This document shows positions 28,008-39,267 of a stretch of DNA of 64,000 nucleotides, piece after piece (within the stretch, counting starts at the first letter, position 1; every line of letters starts with the position of its first letter). The DNA comes from Planctomycetota bacterium (lineage in GTDB: Bacteria > Planctomycetota > Phycisphaerae > WQYP01). The notes under the pieces were generated by a model, which ran no database searches, was not told the origin of the DNA, and saw nothing but the letters and a program-made list of their open reading frames with translations. The translations under genes and the position numbers were made by a program. Location: NCBI GenBank assembly GCA_021827645.1, contig JAKAVA010000043.1, positions 593-64,592 of the forward strand. The letters are read 5' to 3'.

Positions 28008-29273
28008 GTGCCGCAGCGGGTTGATTCACATAGCCATCATCCACAGGGCTTGATCCTGCTGATCAACGGCGGTTCATCGAACCTGAAACTGGCGGTATCA
28101 ACTTTCAGCCTTCCGCCAAGGATGATCTTCCGGGAATCCATCGACTTTTCAGCTTCCAATATCGGGCGCCGGCGAAACTCCACCCAGCACGGCATCGTCC
28201 ACGTTCCCCGCACGACCATCGGCAAATTAACCACGATGATTCGTTCCACCCTGACGCGGCACCTTATTGAACCCGACACCATCCAGGCAATCGGGCACCG
28301 AATTGTGCTCGCGGGGCCGGCGCTGGATCGGCATCAGGTCATCACCCCGCGGGTGCGACGGCAGTTGAATGAGTTAATTGAATTTGATCCGCAACATCTG
28401 CCCATGGAATTGGCTCTCATAGACGCATGCAACGCCATGCTGCCTGGTGCCAGCGCGATCGCATGTTTTGATTCCGTGTTCCACAACACGATGCCGATGG
28501 CGGCGAAGGTGCTGCCGATTCCGTGGCGTTATTTTGTGCAGGGGGTGCGGCGATATGGGTTTCACGGGCTCTCGTATGCATCCCTTCTGCGGCAACTTCG
28601 ACAGCTGGACCCCGCTGCATCCCGCGGGAGGGTCATCATGGCGCATCTGGGGTCGGGATGCAGTCTGGCGGCTCTGCGGGGCGGAAAAACCGTTGCAACC
28701 ACAATGGGCTTTACCCCGCTTGCGGGGGTGACGATGGGACACCGCACCGGGGATATTGACCCGGGTGTGATCTTGTATCTGATGAAGCGCGAAAATATCT
28801 CTCACGCCGGCATGGAGGCGTGGATGAACGCCAACTGCGGGCTGGCGGGTATTGCGGACAGCGGCGATATGAAAGTATTGCTGTCTCGGCGCGATCAACG
28901 GGCCCAGTTGGCTGTGGATATATTCTGCCACCGGATCGCGGGACAGATTGGTGCTTACGCAGCGGAGCTTAACGGGATTGACGCAGTGGTTTTCAGCGGC
29001 GGGATCGGGGAACATTCACACATGATCCGGCGCCATATTACAAGCCATCTGGGACACCTCGGCATCCGAGTCCATACGGCAGCGAATCGCGGCGGAGCGG
29101 AACAAATCAGCCCCCCCGGCACACGCCCCACCGTCTGGTGCCTGAAGACGGATGAAGAACTGGAGATAGGACACATTACCGTGGAATTATTACAAGCAGG
29201 AGTGACATATGGCAAACAACACAACGCGCACCAAACGGAAAGGCGTCGAAAAAGGAAGCGCCAAGGGACATGA
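28008..29273 (+). CDS. ackA: Acetate kinase
   Basis: [58 protein letters not shown]. Confidence 0.93.
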   Translation: MPQRVDSHSHHPQGLILLINGGSSNLKLAVSTFSLPPRMIFRESIDFSASNIGRRRNSTQHGIVHVPRTTIGKLTTMIRSTLTRHLIEPDTIQAIGHRIVLAGPALDRHQVITPRVRRQLNELIEFDPQHLPMELALIDACNAMLPGASAIACFDSVFHNTMPMAAKVLPIPWRYFVQGVRRYGFHGLSYASLLRQLRQLDPAASRGRVIMAHLGSGCSLAALRGGKTVATTMGFTPLAGVTMGHRTGDIDPGVILYLMKRENISHAGMEAWMNANCGLAGIADSGDMKVLLSRRDQRAQLAVDIFCHRIAGQIGAYAAELNGIDAVVFSGGIGEHSHMIRRHITSHLGHLGIRVHTAANRGGAEQISPPGTRPTVWCLKTDEELEIGHITVELLQAGVTYGKQHNAHQTERRRKRKRQGT

Positions 29274-31662
29274 CCATCGGCCGGCGCCGGCGACCGAAAG
29301 CCTGAACGATAGGGAACTTCGGTTGATGGACGCCTATTGGCGGGCGGCGAATTATCTTTCTGTGGGGCAGATTTATCTGCTGGCCAATCCACTGCTTAAG
29401 GAGAAGCTTGATCTGAGCCACATCAAGCCGCGACTGCTGGGGCATTGGGGAACGACGCCGGGACAGAACTTCATCTATACGCATCTGAATCGGATTATTA
29501 AATTACACGATCTGAACATGATCTACATCTCCGGGCCGGGGCACGGGGGGCCGGCGGTGGTAGCCCATACGTATCTTGAGGGGACCTACAGCGAGATTTA
29601 TACGCACATCACGCAGGATGAGGCCGGTCTGGCGAAACTGTTTCGGCAGTTCAGCTTTCCCGGAGGGATACCCAGCCATGTCGCCCCTGAAACGCCCGGG
29701 TCGATTCATGAAGGGGGCGAGTTGGGATATTCCCTGGCGCACGCCTGCGGTGCGGTGTTGGACAACCCGGATCTGATTGCCGCCTGCGTGGTCGGCGACG
29801 GGGAAGCTGAGACGGGCCCGCTGGCGACATCGTGGCACATTAATAAATTCATCAACCCCGCCGGCGACGGTACGGTGCTGCCGATTCTGCATCTCAATGG
29901 GTACAAGATCAGCAATCCGACGGTGCTGGCCCGCATCAGCCGTGAGGAATTGATCTCGCTGATGCGGGGGTACGGATGGGACCCGATGGTGGTCGAGGGG
30001 CATGAACCGATGAGCATGCACCGAAAGATGGCACAGGCATTGGACGAGGCGGTGAGAAAGATACGGGAATATCAGCGCAGGGCCCGTCACGGCCGGGCGG
30101 AGGTGGAGAGGCCCCGCTGGCCGATGCTGATCTTCATTACGCCCAAAGGGTGGACGGGGCCGAAGGAAGCCGACGGCAAGGCGGTGGAAGGCACATTCCG
30201 GGCGCACCAGGTTCCGCTTTCAAGTCCGGCGGAAAATCCCCGGCATCTCAAGGCATTGGAAGCGTGGCTGCGCAGCTACCGGCCTGAAGAACTCTTTGAT
30301 GCTGAGGGTCGGCTGCAACCGGAAATCGCGGCGCTGGCGCCGGTAGGGGAAAGACGCATGAGCGCCAATCCGCATGCCAACGGGGGTGCCCTGCTGAAAG
30401 ACCTGCGGCTGCCCGATTTCCGGCGATATGCCGTTGACGTGCCCGCGCCGGGATCGGTTGATGCGCAGGACACACTGGTGCTGGGCGGCTATCTGCGGGA
30501 TGTGATCAAGCTTAACGCCGATATGCGCAATTTCCGCATTTTCGGTCCCGATGAAACGATGTCGAATCGGCTCAGCCATGTATTTGAGGAAACCGTTCGC
30601 CAATGGGATGCGGAAATCCGCCCCGGCGACGAGTTTCTCTCATCCGGCGGGCGGGTGATGGAAGTGCTCAGCGAACATCTGTGTCAGGGATGGCTGGAGG
30701 GGTATCTGCTCACCGGTCGTCACGGCCTGATCAACAGCTATGAGGCGTTTATCCATATTGTTGATTCCATGTTTAATCAACATGCCAAATGGTTGAAGGT
30801 GACACGGGGACTGGCTTGGCGGCGGCCGCTGGCATCGCTGAATTATCTGCTCGCATCGCATGTGTGGCGACAGGATCATAACGGCTTTACCCATCAGGAC
30901 CCGGGTTTTATTGATCATGTGGTTAATAAAAAGGCATCGGTGGTGCGGGTTTATCTTCCGCCCGACGCAAATTGCCTTCTGTCGGTGATGGATCATTGCC
31001 TGCGATCGCGGCATTATGTCAATGTGGTGGTCGCGGGGAAACATGATGCTCCGCAGTGGCTTTCGATGGATGAAGCGGTGCGGCACTGCACGGCGGGGAT
31101 CGGCATCTGGCCGTGGGCAAGCAACGATGAAGGCGGCGACCCGGATGTGGTGATGGCGGCGGCCGGGGATGTGCCGACGCTGGAAACGCTCGCGGCGATT
31201 TCGCTGGTGAGAGAATTCCTGCCGGAATTGAAAATCCGCTTCATCAATGTGGTGGATCTGATGCGGCTGGAACCGTCGGATGAACATCCGCATGGGCTGA
31301 CGGATAAAGATTTCGATGTGCTCTTTACGACCGACAAACCGATCATCTTCGCGTATCACGGATATCCGTGGTTGATCCATCGACTCACCTACCGACGGAC
31401 GAATCATCGCCATCTGCATGTGCGCGGTTATAAGGAGGAAGGGACGATTACCACGCCATTCGACATGGCGGTTCTCAACGATATGGATCGCTTTCACCTC
31501 GCGGGAGATGTGATTGACCGGTTGCCGCAGCTCGGTTCACGGGCCGCCTATTTCAAACAGGCGTTGCGGGATAAGCTGCTGGTTCACCGCGAGCATCTGC
31601 TGCGGAGCGGGATGGATCTGCCGGAGGTGGCGCAGTGGCGCTGGAAGGGGTCGAAAGGGTGA
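29209..31662 (+). CDS. xfp: Xylulose-5-phosphate/fructose-6-phosphate phosphoketolase
   Basis: [63 protein letters not shown]. Confidence 0.97.
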   Translation: MANNTTRTKRKGVEKGSAKGHDHRPAPATESLNDRELRLMDAYWRAANYLSVGQIYLLANPLLKEKLDLSHIKPRLLGHWGTTPGQNFIYTHLNRIIKLHDLNMIYISGPGHGGPAVVAHTYLEGTYSEIYTHITQDEAGLAKLFRQFSFPGGIPSHVAPETPGSIHEGGELGYSLAHACGAVLDNPDLIAACVVGDGEAETGPLATSWHINKFINPAGDGTVLPILHLNGYKISNPTVLARISREELISLMRGYGWDPMVVEGHEPMSMHRKMAQALDEAVRKIREYQRRARHGRAEVERPRWPMLIFITPKGWTGPKEADGKAVEGTFRAHQVPLSSPAENPRHLKALEAWLRSYRPEELFDAEGRLQPEIAALAPVGERRMSANPHANGGALLKDLRLPDFRRYAVDVPAPGSVDAQDTLVLGGYLRDVIKLNADMRNFRIFGPDETMSNRLSHVFEETVRQWDAEIRPGDEFLSSGGRVMEVLSEHLCQGWLEGYLLTGRHGLINSYEAFIHIVDSMFNQHAKWLKVTRGLAWRRPLASLNYLLASHVWRQDHNGFTHQDPGFIDHVVNKKASVVRVYLPPDANCLLSVMDHCLRSRHYVNVVVAGKHDAPQWLSMDEAVRHCTAGIGIWPWASNDEGGDPDVVMAAAGDVPTLETLAAISLVREFLPELKIRFINVVDLMRLEPSDEHPHGLTDKDFDVLFTTDKPIIFAYHGYPWLIHRLTYRRTNHRHLHVRGYKEEGTITTPFDMAVLNDMDRFHLAGDVIDRLPQLGSRAAYFKQALRDKLLVHREHLLRSGMDLPEVAQWRWKGSKG

Positions 31663-31699
31663 CCCCGGAGGGATGCCCTTCGGGGGCCGGACCGGCCGA

Positions 31700-34384
31700 T
31701 CATGCACCGCTGCTGGTGTAATTGCGCGTAGCGTAATCAATCATCTGCACCACAAGGGCCGTCCAACCGGTCTGATGAGATGCCCCGATTCCCGCGCCAT
31801 TGTCGCCGTGATAATACTCATTGAACTGGATAAGGTCCTTCCAGAGCGGGTTTTGTTGAAACATCGCCTGGCCGCCGAACGCGGGGCGCCGGCCATCATT
31901 TCCAACGGTGAAGATGCTGATCATCCGTCGGCAGAGTTCCTCGGAAAGTTGCAGCAGGTTGATTTTATCCCCTGAAGCTGAAGGGTTATTAACCGTCACC
32001 GAATCGCCATAAAAGCGGTTGTAGGTTCGCAGGGCCGTGATCAGCAGGTAATTGGTGGGAAACCATACCGGGCCCCGCCAGTTGGAATTGCCTCCGAAAA
32101 GCCCGGAGGTGGATTCGGCCGGTTCGTACTGGACGGTTAATTCGTGGCCATCGAGCCGAAGGCGATAGGGGTTGTTGAGATAATATTTGGACAGCGACCG
32201 CACGCCGTAGGGGGAGAGAAATTCATTTTCATCCACGACGCGGGCGAGCACGCGCTGCAGGCGATGCTGGTTGGCGATGCTCAGCAGGAGCCGCTCGCCG
32301 TCAGCGGAGGTGCTGATACCGACACACTCATTGCCGACGCGCTGGCGCATATCGGCGGAATGCCAGCGATCCTTGAAGGCGGGCAGGTTGACGAACCAGC
32401 TCTTTTCCAGAATCTGCACGGCATAAAGGGGGATGATGCCGACGTTAGACCGCAGCCGGAGCGGAATCACAGTGCGGCCCTCATCGCTGGTGATTTTGTC
32501 GTAATAAAACCCATCCTGCGAATCCCAGAGGCCGCCGCCCCCTTCAACGGGTGCATTGATCGCTTCGGAGATGGCCAGGAAGTGGTCAAAAAATTTCAGG
32601 GCGAGATGGCTGTAGGTGGGGTCCACCTGGGAGAGTTCAATGGCGATGGTCATCATGTTGAGGCAGAAGAGGCCCATCCAGCCGGTACCATCCGCCTGTT
32701 CCAGTGAGAGGCCGTTGGGCAGGGGCTGACTGCGGTTAAAGATGGAAATATTATCCAACCCCAGAAATCCGCCCTGAAAGATATTTTTGCCCACGCTGTC
32801 CTTGCGATTAACCCACCAGACAAAGTTAATCAGCAGCTTATGGAACATGCGTTCGAGAAATTCATGATCCCCTTTTTTCTTACGCCGTTTTTCATTGTTA
32901 TAGATGCGCCAGGTGACCAGCGCCTGAACCGGCGGATTCACATCGCCAAAGGCCCATTCATAGGCGGGCAACTGGCCCGAGAGGTTCTGGTACCGCTCGG
33001 AAACGATCAATTCCATGTGTGACTTGGCGAGGTCCAGATCGACATAACAGAGTGTAAGGAGATGAAACGCCCAGTCCCAGGCGGCAAACCATGGATATTC
33101 CCATGAATCGGGCATGACGATGATGTCTCGGGCATTAAACCGTGTCCATTCGTGATTGCGTCCCTTGAGACGCTGGGGCGGCGGCGTGCAATCATCATCT
33201 CCCTTGAGCCATTCCTCAACAGGGTAATTGTAAAATTGTTTGTTCCACAAAATTCCGGAAAGGGCCTGGCGGGAAATCTGTCGCCATGTGCCGTCCGTTT
33301 TTTCCGGCAACATGCGGGCATAGAAATGGTCAGCTTCCTTTTTTCGGGCGTCGAATGTCGTTTGGCAGTCCTTGAATGGGTTATCCATCTTCGCATCGGA
33401 AAGGAGCACTTCCACCACCTTGGTGGATTGGGGCGCGATGAGCCAGTTGAAATAAACCGCCGCCTTGGTGCCCAGCGGTTTGTGATGCACAGCTGTTTGC
33501 TTTCCATTGACAAAATAATCATGAAACGCATCTTTCACGGCGGGGTGGGTATTGGGAACGCCGTAGAGCTTCTGACGGTTGGTTTCATTGAAGGTAAAGA
33601 GCGTTTCCGCGACTCCGGCGGCGTAGAAGTAGCAGGTACCCAGCTGCTCATGGGTGGCTTTGATGGCAACATCGCCGCTGTCTTGATTCCCCTCAAGCGA
33701 AAGGACGGGTTCGGCAGGGGAATTTTTATTCCAGGACCAGGTGTTACGGAACCAGAGGGTTGGAAGCAGATGAAACGGGGCCGGAGATTTGCCGCAATTT
33801 TTAATACTGTAGCGGGCGAATATCTTACCCGCATCGAGTTTGGCGTATTCGATGGTGATATCAAAAAAAGCGTCTTCCGCAAAGATGCCGGTATCGACAA
33901 GTTCATATTCCGGCAGATTGGGACCGCGGTGGCGGTTGATTTCCACCAGGGCCCGATACGGAAATTCCGCATGTGGGTAACGATAGATCATCTTCATGTA
34001 GGAATGCGACGGCACATTGTCGGTGGCAAACCAGTATTCCTTTACATCCTCGCCATGATTTCCCTCTTCGTTGGTGAGCCCGAAGAATCGCTCTTTGAGG
34101 ATCGGGTCGCGGCCGTTCCAAAAGGTCGGGGCAAAACAGAGCAACTGCTGGTCATCGCAGATTCCGGCGATGCCGTCCTCGCTCCAGCGATAGGCCCGGC
34201 TGCGGGCCATATCATGAGAAAAATAAGTCCAGGCTGAACCGTCGGGTGAATAATCCTCGCGGACGGTCCCCCAGGCGCGGGCGGAGACATAGGGGCCCCA
34301 CCGGCGCCATTTGGCGGCCTCTTCCGGTTTAGCCATCTTGTTGATCTCGTGGTTGGCGGCATCAAATTCTGGAGTGGGTTGCAT
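31700..34384 (-). CDS. Glycoside hydrolase, GH63/MGH1-like (alpha/alpha)6 glucosidase
   Basis: WRRWGPYVSARAWGTVREDYS, MPDSWEYPWFAAWD, GGFLGLDNI, GGNSNWRGPVWFP, GASHQTGWT. Confidence 0.9.
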   Translation of the reverse strand: MQPTPEFDAANHEINKMAKPEEAAKWRRWGPYVSARAWGTVREDYSPDGSAWTYFSHDMARSRAYRWSEDGIAGICDDQQLLCFAPTFWNGRDPILKERFFGLTNEEGNHGEDVKEYWFATDNVPSHSYMKMIYRYPHAEFPYRALVEINRHRGPNLPEYELVDTGIFAEDAFFDITIEYAKLDAGKIFARYSIKNCGKSPAPFHLLPTLWFRNTWSWNKNSPAEPVLSLEGNQDSGDVAIKATHEQLGTCYFYAAGVAETLFTFNETNRQKLYGVPNTHPAVKDAFHDYFVNGKQTAVHHKPLGTKAAVYFNWLIAPQSTKVVEVLLSDAKMDNPFKDCQTTFDARKKEADHFYARMLPEKTDGTWRQISRQALSGILWNKQFYNYPVEEWLKGDDDCTPPPQRLKGRNHEWTRFNARDIIVMPDSWEYPWFAAWDWAFHLLTLCYVDLDLAKSHMELIVSERYQNLSGQLPAYEWAFGDVNPPVQALVTWRIYNNEKRRKKKGDHEFLERMFHKLLINFVWWVNRKDSVGKNIFQGGFLGLDNISIFNRSQPLPNGLSLEQADGTGWMGLFCLNMMTIAIELSQVDPTYSHLALKFFDHFLAISEAINAPVEGGGGLWDSQDGFYYDKITSDEGRTVIPLRLRSNVGIIPLYAVQILEKSWFVNLPAFKDRWHSADMRQRVGNECVGISTSADGERLLLSIANQHRLQRVLARVVDENEFLSPYGVRSLSKYYLNNPYRLRLDGHELTVQYEPAESTSGLFGGNSNWRGPVWFPTNYLLITALRTYNRFYGDSVTVNNPSASGDKINLLQLSEELCRRMISIFTVGNDGRRPAFGGQAMFQQNPLWKDLIQFNEYYHGDNGAGIGASHQTGWTALVVQMIDYATRNYTSSGA

Positions 34385-34750
34385 ATCGGCCCCCGATTAA
34401 AGTGCACGGACCTAGGAATCCAATCTATTCCTTAACCGATTGTAACCTACGATACAAGGATCAGCCGATAAAATCGCGACCGCCGGTACGCCGGCAGGCC
34501 CCGCCGGCGCCGGGCCATCCCGCAAGATTTTGGAGAGCTGGACGGATTTTGGCGGCAGCCGCGCCGGGGGAGGTTCAATCTCCCAGTCGGCAGATGGTGT
34601 TGGCGACCGGCGATGAGCCGATTAGAATAAGGAAGGAACGGATAACCATCCGTTGCAGTCGCCCAGCGCCGGTGAATTCGGGAGCCGCCACAACGGGGTG
34701 AGGTTCCGACGGGATTTTTCGCGCTGCGGCCGAATTTAAGGGAACAGGGC

Positions 34751-35764
34751 GTGACGACAGTAACAGTGCCTGCCGTTAAGGCGGAACCCACCGATGCGGA
34801 ACTCATGCAATGGTATCGACAGATGGTGCTGATCCGGCAGTTTGAACTCCGGTGCGCACAATCTTATCAGCAACAGAAGATCGGCGGATTCTGCCACCTG
34901 TATGTGGGGCAGGAAGCTGTTGCGGTGGGATCGATCGGGGCGGTACGTCCAGATGACTACATTATTACCGCGTACCGGGACCACGGGCATGCGATAGCGC
35001 GCGGCATGGACATTTACCCACTATTCGGCGAGCTTTACGGAAAGCGCTCCGGGTGCTCGCACGGTAAGGGTGGGTCGATGCATTTTTTTGATGCGGAGAA
35101 GAATTTTTTCGGGGGCCATGCGATTGTCGGTGCCCACATTCCACTGGCGGTGGGATTGGGATGGGCGATCAAATATCGCAAGCAGGATCGCGTTGCGCTC
35201 TGCTACTTTGGCGATGGGGCGATCAATCAGGGATCGTTTCATGAGGCGCTGAATCTGGCCGGTCTGTTCAAGTTGCCGTGCATCTTTCTGGTGGAAAATA
35301 ACGGATACGGCATGGGTACCCATGTGCACCGGGCGTCGGCGGTGACGGACTTGAAACTGCGGACCGCAGATGCTTATGGTATTCCGGGGAAAGATGTCGA
35401 CGGGATGGACTGTCTGGCGATGTACCGGATGGTGCGGTCGGCGGCGGATTACTGCCGGGCGGGAAATGGATCGATATTTCTGGAAGTGAAGACTTACCGC
35501 TACCGCGGTCACAGCATGTCAGACCCGCAGAAATATCGAACACGGGAAGAGGTGGCCGAATTTCAGAAGCATGATCCGATCGGTCGGCTGGAAAAGATTC
35601 TGCAGGAAAAGCGGCTTTTGGATGATGCCAAGATCAGTGCGATCGCGGACGAAATTCACCGGGAGGTGGAGGCGGCCCATGAGAAGGCCGATGCCGATCC
35701 GACACCGGATCTGGAAGATGTATGGACGGACATCTACGCACAACCGTTCGGGCCGTACCGTTGA
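34751..35764 (+). CDS. pdhA: Pyruvate dehydrogenase E1 alpha subunit
   Basis: GGFCHLYVGQEA, GKGGSMH, FGDGA TPP motif, TYRYRGHSMSDP. Confidence 0.96.
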   Translation: MTTVTVPAVKAEPTDAELMQWYRQMVLIRQFELRCAQSYQQQKIGGFCHLYVGQEAVAVGSIGAVRPDDYIITAYRDHGHAIARGMDIYPLFGELYGKRSGCSHGKGGSMHFFDAEKNFFGGHAIVGAHIPLAVGLGWAIKYRKQDRVALCYFGDGAINQGSFHEALNLAGLFKLPCIFLVENNGYGMGTHVHRASAVTDLKLRTADAYGIPGKDVDGMDCLAMYRMVRSAADYCRAGNGSIFLEVKTYRYRGHSMSDPQKYRTREEVAEFQKHDPIGRLEKILQEKRLLDDAKISAIADEIHREVEAAHEKADADPTPDLEDVWTDIYAQPFGPYR

Positions 35765-35870
35765 TCAATATGAAAAAATAGAAGAGTGAAACAGAGCCGG
35801 CCGTTGCAGGGCGTCCTCACATCGGGCGGCGAAACTAAACCCCAATGCCCCCATGCGGGAAGGATAAAAT

Positions 35871-36857
35871 ATGCCAGTGATTCAAATGCGGGAAGCTCTC
35901 AATCAGGCGATGTGTGAAGAGATGGAGCGCGACCCGGATGTATTTCTGATGGGAGAGGAAGTAGCGGAATATGACGGCGCCTACAAGGTGTCGCAGGGGA
36001 TGCTGGCGAAGTTCGGCCCCATGCGGGTGGTGGATTCCCCCATTTCGGAATGCGGATTTGCCGGCCTGGGAGTGGGTGCGGCGATGGTCGGGATGCGGCC
36101 GATTATTGAATTTATGACTTTTTCATTTTCGCTGGTCGCGTTTGATCAGGTGGTGAACAACGCACCGAAGGTGCGGCATATGTCGGGCGGGCAACTCAGC
36201 GTGCCGATCGTTTTCCGCGGCATCTCGGGTCCCGGGCAGCAGCTTGGGGCGACGCACTCGTGGACGGTCGATGCGATTTACACGCATGTGCCGGGCCTCA
36301 AGGTGGTCATTCCCTCAACGCCCTATGACGCCAAGGGACTGCTCAAGACTGCCATCCGGGATAATGATCCGGTCATCTTCCTTGAAAATGAATCGATGTA
36401 CGGAAACCGCGGCGAAGTACCGGAAGAGGAATATCTGATTGAATTCGGGCGTGCAGACATTAAACGCCCCGGAACCGACTGCACCGTGGTGGGCTGGGGG
36501 CATACAGTGCTCACGGCGATGGCGGCAGCGGAGGAACTTGAAAAATCGCACGGGATCAATGTCGAGGTCATTGACCTGCGCACGCTTCGGCCGATGGATC
36601 TGGATTCCATTCTGACATCAGTAAAAAAGACGGGATACTGTGTGACGGTGGAAGAGGGGTATCCGACATGCGGCGTGGGAGCTGAAATTGCGGCGCAGGT
36701 TCAGCAACACTGTTTTGACGATTTGGATAACAGCGTGGTACGCGTAGCGGCCCTCGATGTGCCGATGCCCTACAGCAAGCCGCTTCTCCAGCACGTGGTG
36801 CCGGGTGTGGAGCGGGTGGCGGAAGCGATTAAACAGGCGATTTATTTTCAGGGGTGA
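35871..36857 (+). CDS. pdhB: Pyruvate dehydrogenase E1 beta subunit
   Basis: REALNQAMCEEM, GEEVAEYDGAYKV, DSPISE, EVIDLRTLRP. Confidence 0.96.
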   Translation: MPVIQMREALNQAMCEEMERDPDVFLMGEEVAEYDGAYKVSQGMLAKFGPMRVVDSPISECGFAGLGVGAAMVGMRPIIEFMTFSFSLVAFDQVVNNAPKVRHMSGGQLSVPIVFRGISGPGQQLGATHSWTVDAIYTHVPGLKVVIPSTPYDAKGLLKTAIRDNDPVIFLENESMYGNRGEVPEEEYLIEFGRADIKRPGTDCTVVGWGHTVLTAMAAAEELEKSHGINVEVIDLRTLRPMDLDSILTSVKKTGYCVTVEEGYPTCGVGAEIAAQVQQHCFDDLDNSVVRVAALDVPMPYSKPLLQHVVPGVERVAEAIKQAIYFQG

Positions 36858-36916
36858 GCCTGAAGCGATTGCGGGCGCGGTGAGGGAGGCACGGGCTCCC
36901 CAGGTTAACGCAGGGA

Positions 36917-37804
36917 ATGGGCACGGCTGATGCGGTGGCCACGCAATACCACTCCTGGCTGGACAGACTCCTGATGGAATTGACTCAAACTGCAAGCCCC
37001 GATGGTGTTGTCTATTTCACATCCCCAACATTAACGGCCGCCGGTTTTGTGCATGGTTTTTCAACGCGCCTCGGCGGAATATCCCCTCCTCCATTTGAAA
37101 GCCTGAATCTTGGAAATGCCGCCGGCGGCCCGCGGGATGAGACCGAAAACATCACGGAGAATCAGAAGCGATTTCTTTCGGCGATTGGAGCCGATGATTT
37201 CCGCCTCGTGACCGTTCGTCAGGTGCACGGTGCGGATGTGGCCGTTGCCGGCGCAGGGGATGCGGGGCATGGCGAAAGGAATGCCAACGATTCTGCGCCA
37301 TGCGCCGATGCTTTGGTGGTGCGGGATCCCGGATTATTGGCCGGGATGCGAACGGCGGACTGCGTGCCGATTTTGATCGGATCGCGTGACGGGCGAATAG
37401 CCGCAGCTGTGCATGCGGGTTGGCGGGGACTTGTTTCGGGAGTAATTGGTGCCTGCATCCGCTGCATGGAAGCAGCAGGCTTTCCCGCCGGCCAACTTGT
37501 CGCCGCCATCGGCCCCTGCATCGGCGAGCGAATCTATGAAGTGGGGCCGGAGGTTGCTCAGGCATTTGAGCAGGCGGGCCTTCGCGCTGCGGTGAAGAAA
37601 TATTCCAAGCCGCATATCAACTTAAATCTTGCAAGCCGGATCGAACTGGTGCACGCGGGCATCACGCAAATTGATACATCCGAGCTGTGCACCAGTGAAC
37701 GGGCGGGGCTCTTTTATTCTCACCGCCGAGACCACGGGGCGACGGGGCGCCTTTTGGCCGCGATCGGACTGCCGCGAGGGTGGAACAGGCTGCCGCATCG
37801 GTAA
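36917..37804 (+). CDS. pgeF: YfiH/PgeF family purine nucleoside phosphorylase (peptidoglycan editing factor)
   Basis: HGFSTRLGG, SLNLG, QVHG, TADCVP, HAGWRG, AIGPCI, YEVG, YSHRR; the real start may be ATG 36974. Confidence 0.92.
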   Translation: MGTADAVATQYHSWLDRLLMELTQTASPDGVVYFTSPTLTAAGFVHGFSTRLGGISPPPFESLNLGNAAGGPRDETENITENQKRFLSAIGADDFRLVTVRQVHGADVAVAGAGDAGHGERNANDSAPCADALVVRDPGLLAGMRTADCVPILIGSRDGRIAAAVHAGWRGLVSGVIGACIRCMEAAGFPAGQLVAAIGPCIGERIYEVGPEVAQAFEQAGLRAAVKKYSKPHINLNLASRIELVHAGITQIDTSELCTSERAGLFYSHRRDHGATGRLLAAIGLPRGWNRLPHR

Positions 37805-37893
37805 ATGCCACCTGCAACATGCCGACGCGCCCAACGATCACCTGCCGATCCACCCGCCGCAGAAACGGCGGAGCGGGGCGAAGAGGCCGGAAA

Positions 37894-38052
37894 TTACATT
37901 TCCAAGCTTGCGGAATCGAGCGGTACCGTATGAAATTGAGCGAGGAGGCGTCTGGCTTCAAGCCGCGCCTGTTTGCGATGCTGAAAGCTCCCTTTGTTAA
38001 AACCGATTTTGTGGGTACGAACTTTGGAACCGGAAGTGCGTCGATGTGCCAT
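37894..38052 (-). CDS. Small basic protein (52 aa), unknown function
   Basis: Strong RBS GGAGGT just upstream of the ATG; sits in the gap between pgeF and tsaD, co-oriented with tsaD; K/R/H-rich. Confidence 0.5.
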   Translation of the reverse strand: MAHRRTSGSKVRTHKIGFNKGSFQHRKQARLEARRLLAQFHTVPLDSASLEM

Positions 38053-38172
38053 AAAGACCTCCATATCGTAAGGACCCGGACATCTCAGACCCGGCGGCCG
38101 ATGAGGCATCGGCAAAACCACCGAGCCGAGGTAACACACGTCTCCGTGACGCAAACATTATGCCAAACGTCA

Positions 38173-39213
38173 TCAGACGGTCGCTATTGCTGAAAGATTC
38201 AACGCATCGGTCATTCCCGCCTGTAAACGATGAAAAGCCAAGCCCCCGAGCATGGCGGCGTTGTCGGTGCAGAAGGGCATGGCCGGTATCCATACTGGAA
38301 CCTGAAATTCAGCCGCTGCATCCGATACGGTTTTCCGCAGGGCATGGTTCGCCGCCACCCCCCCGCCGACAAGCAATGCCCGATAATCATGCCGCTGCAG
38401 TGCCCGCCTCAGCTTGACCCCGATCGGCCGGAGTGCGGCACGCTGAAAGGATGCCGCCACATCGGCCAGTTGCTGCTGCGACAGATGATCGATGGTGCGT
38501 TGTTCGCGTCCCGATCCGAAAAGGTGGTAGCGCACCGCCGTTTTCAGACCGCTGTATGAAAAATCGAGCGAGTCGGAACCGAGCAGACTCACGGGAAAAT
38601 CGACGGCCAGCGGATTGCCGCCGCGAGCCAGTTTTTCCAGTGCCGCCCCTCCGGGGTAGCCGAGCCCCAGCAGTGCCGCGGTTTTGTCATACGCTTCGCC
38701 GAGCGCATCGTCGATGGTGGCACCAAGGCGGCGGATATCCACAAAGCTTTCGAGGTGGAACAGACTAGTATGGCCACCGGATACGACCAGTCCGAGTGCG
38801 GGAAATTTCGGCTCCTGCGGACGGGACTCGGGTGCATCAGCCAGAACCCCGCCATAGAGATGACCGTGGACATGGTTGATTCCGATGAGCGGCTTTCCAA
38901 GGGCAAAGGCGACGGCCTTGGCGGCTGCCACCCCGACAATCAGACACCCGACCAGGCCGGGGCAATGGGCGACGGCAATGGCGTCGAGATCGGCAGTGGT
39001 GCAGCGGGCCTTATCGAGGGCATCATCCACGAGGCGATTGAGCCATTCAATGTGGGCACGGGAGGCAATTTCCGGCACCACTCCGCCATACCGGCGGTGC
39101 AGCTGAACTTGTGAACTGATGATATTGGATTTGACCAGCCAGCCGTCGGCCGTCACCGCGGCGGCGGTCTCATCGCAGGTGGTTTCAATCGCAAGAATAT
39201 TCTTCATATTCAA
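38173..39213 (-). CDS. tsaD: tRNA N6-adenosine threonylcarbamoyltransferase TsaD
   Basis: ILAIETTCDET, YGGVVPEIASRAH, HVHGH, LVVSGGHT, DDALGEAYDK, FSYSGLKT, CTDNAAM. Confidence 0.97.
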   Translation of the reverse strand: MNMKNILAIETTCDETAAAVTADGWLVKSNIISSQVQLHRRYGGVVPEIASRAHIEWLNRLVDDALDKARCTTADLDAIAVAHCPGLVGCLIVGVAAAKAVAFALGKPLIGINHVHGHLYGGVLADAPESRPQEPKFPALGLVVSGGHTSLFHLESFVDIRRLGATIDDALGEAYDKTAALLGLGYPGGAALEKLARGGNPLAVDFPVSLLGSDSLDFSYSGLKTAVRYHLFGSGREQRTIDHLSQQQLADVAASFQRAALRPIGVKLRRALQRHDYRALLVGGGVAANHALRKTVSDAAAEFQVPVWIPAMPFCTDNAAMLGGLAFHRLQAGMTDALNLSAIATV

Positions 39214-39267
39214 CCGCCAAGCCGGGCATACGCACCGGCTTTTGCCGGCCCCCGGGTGATTCAGGCT

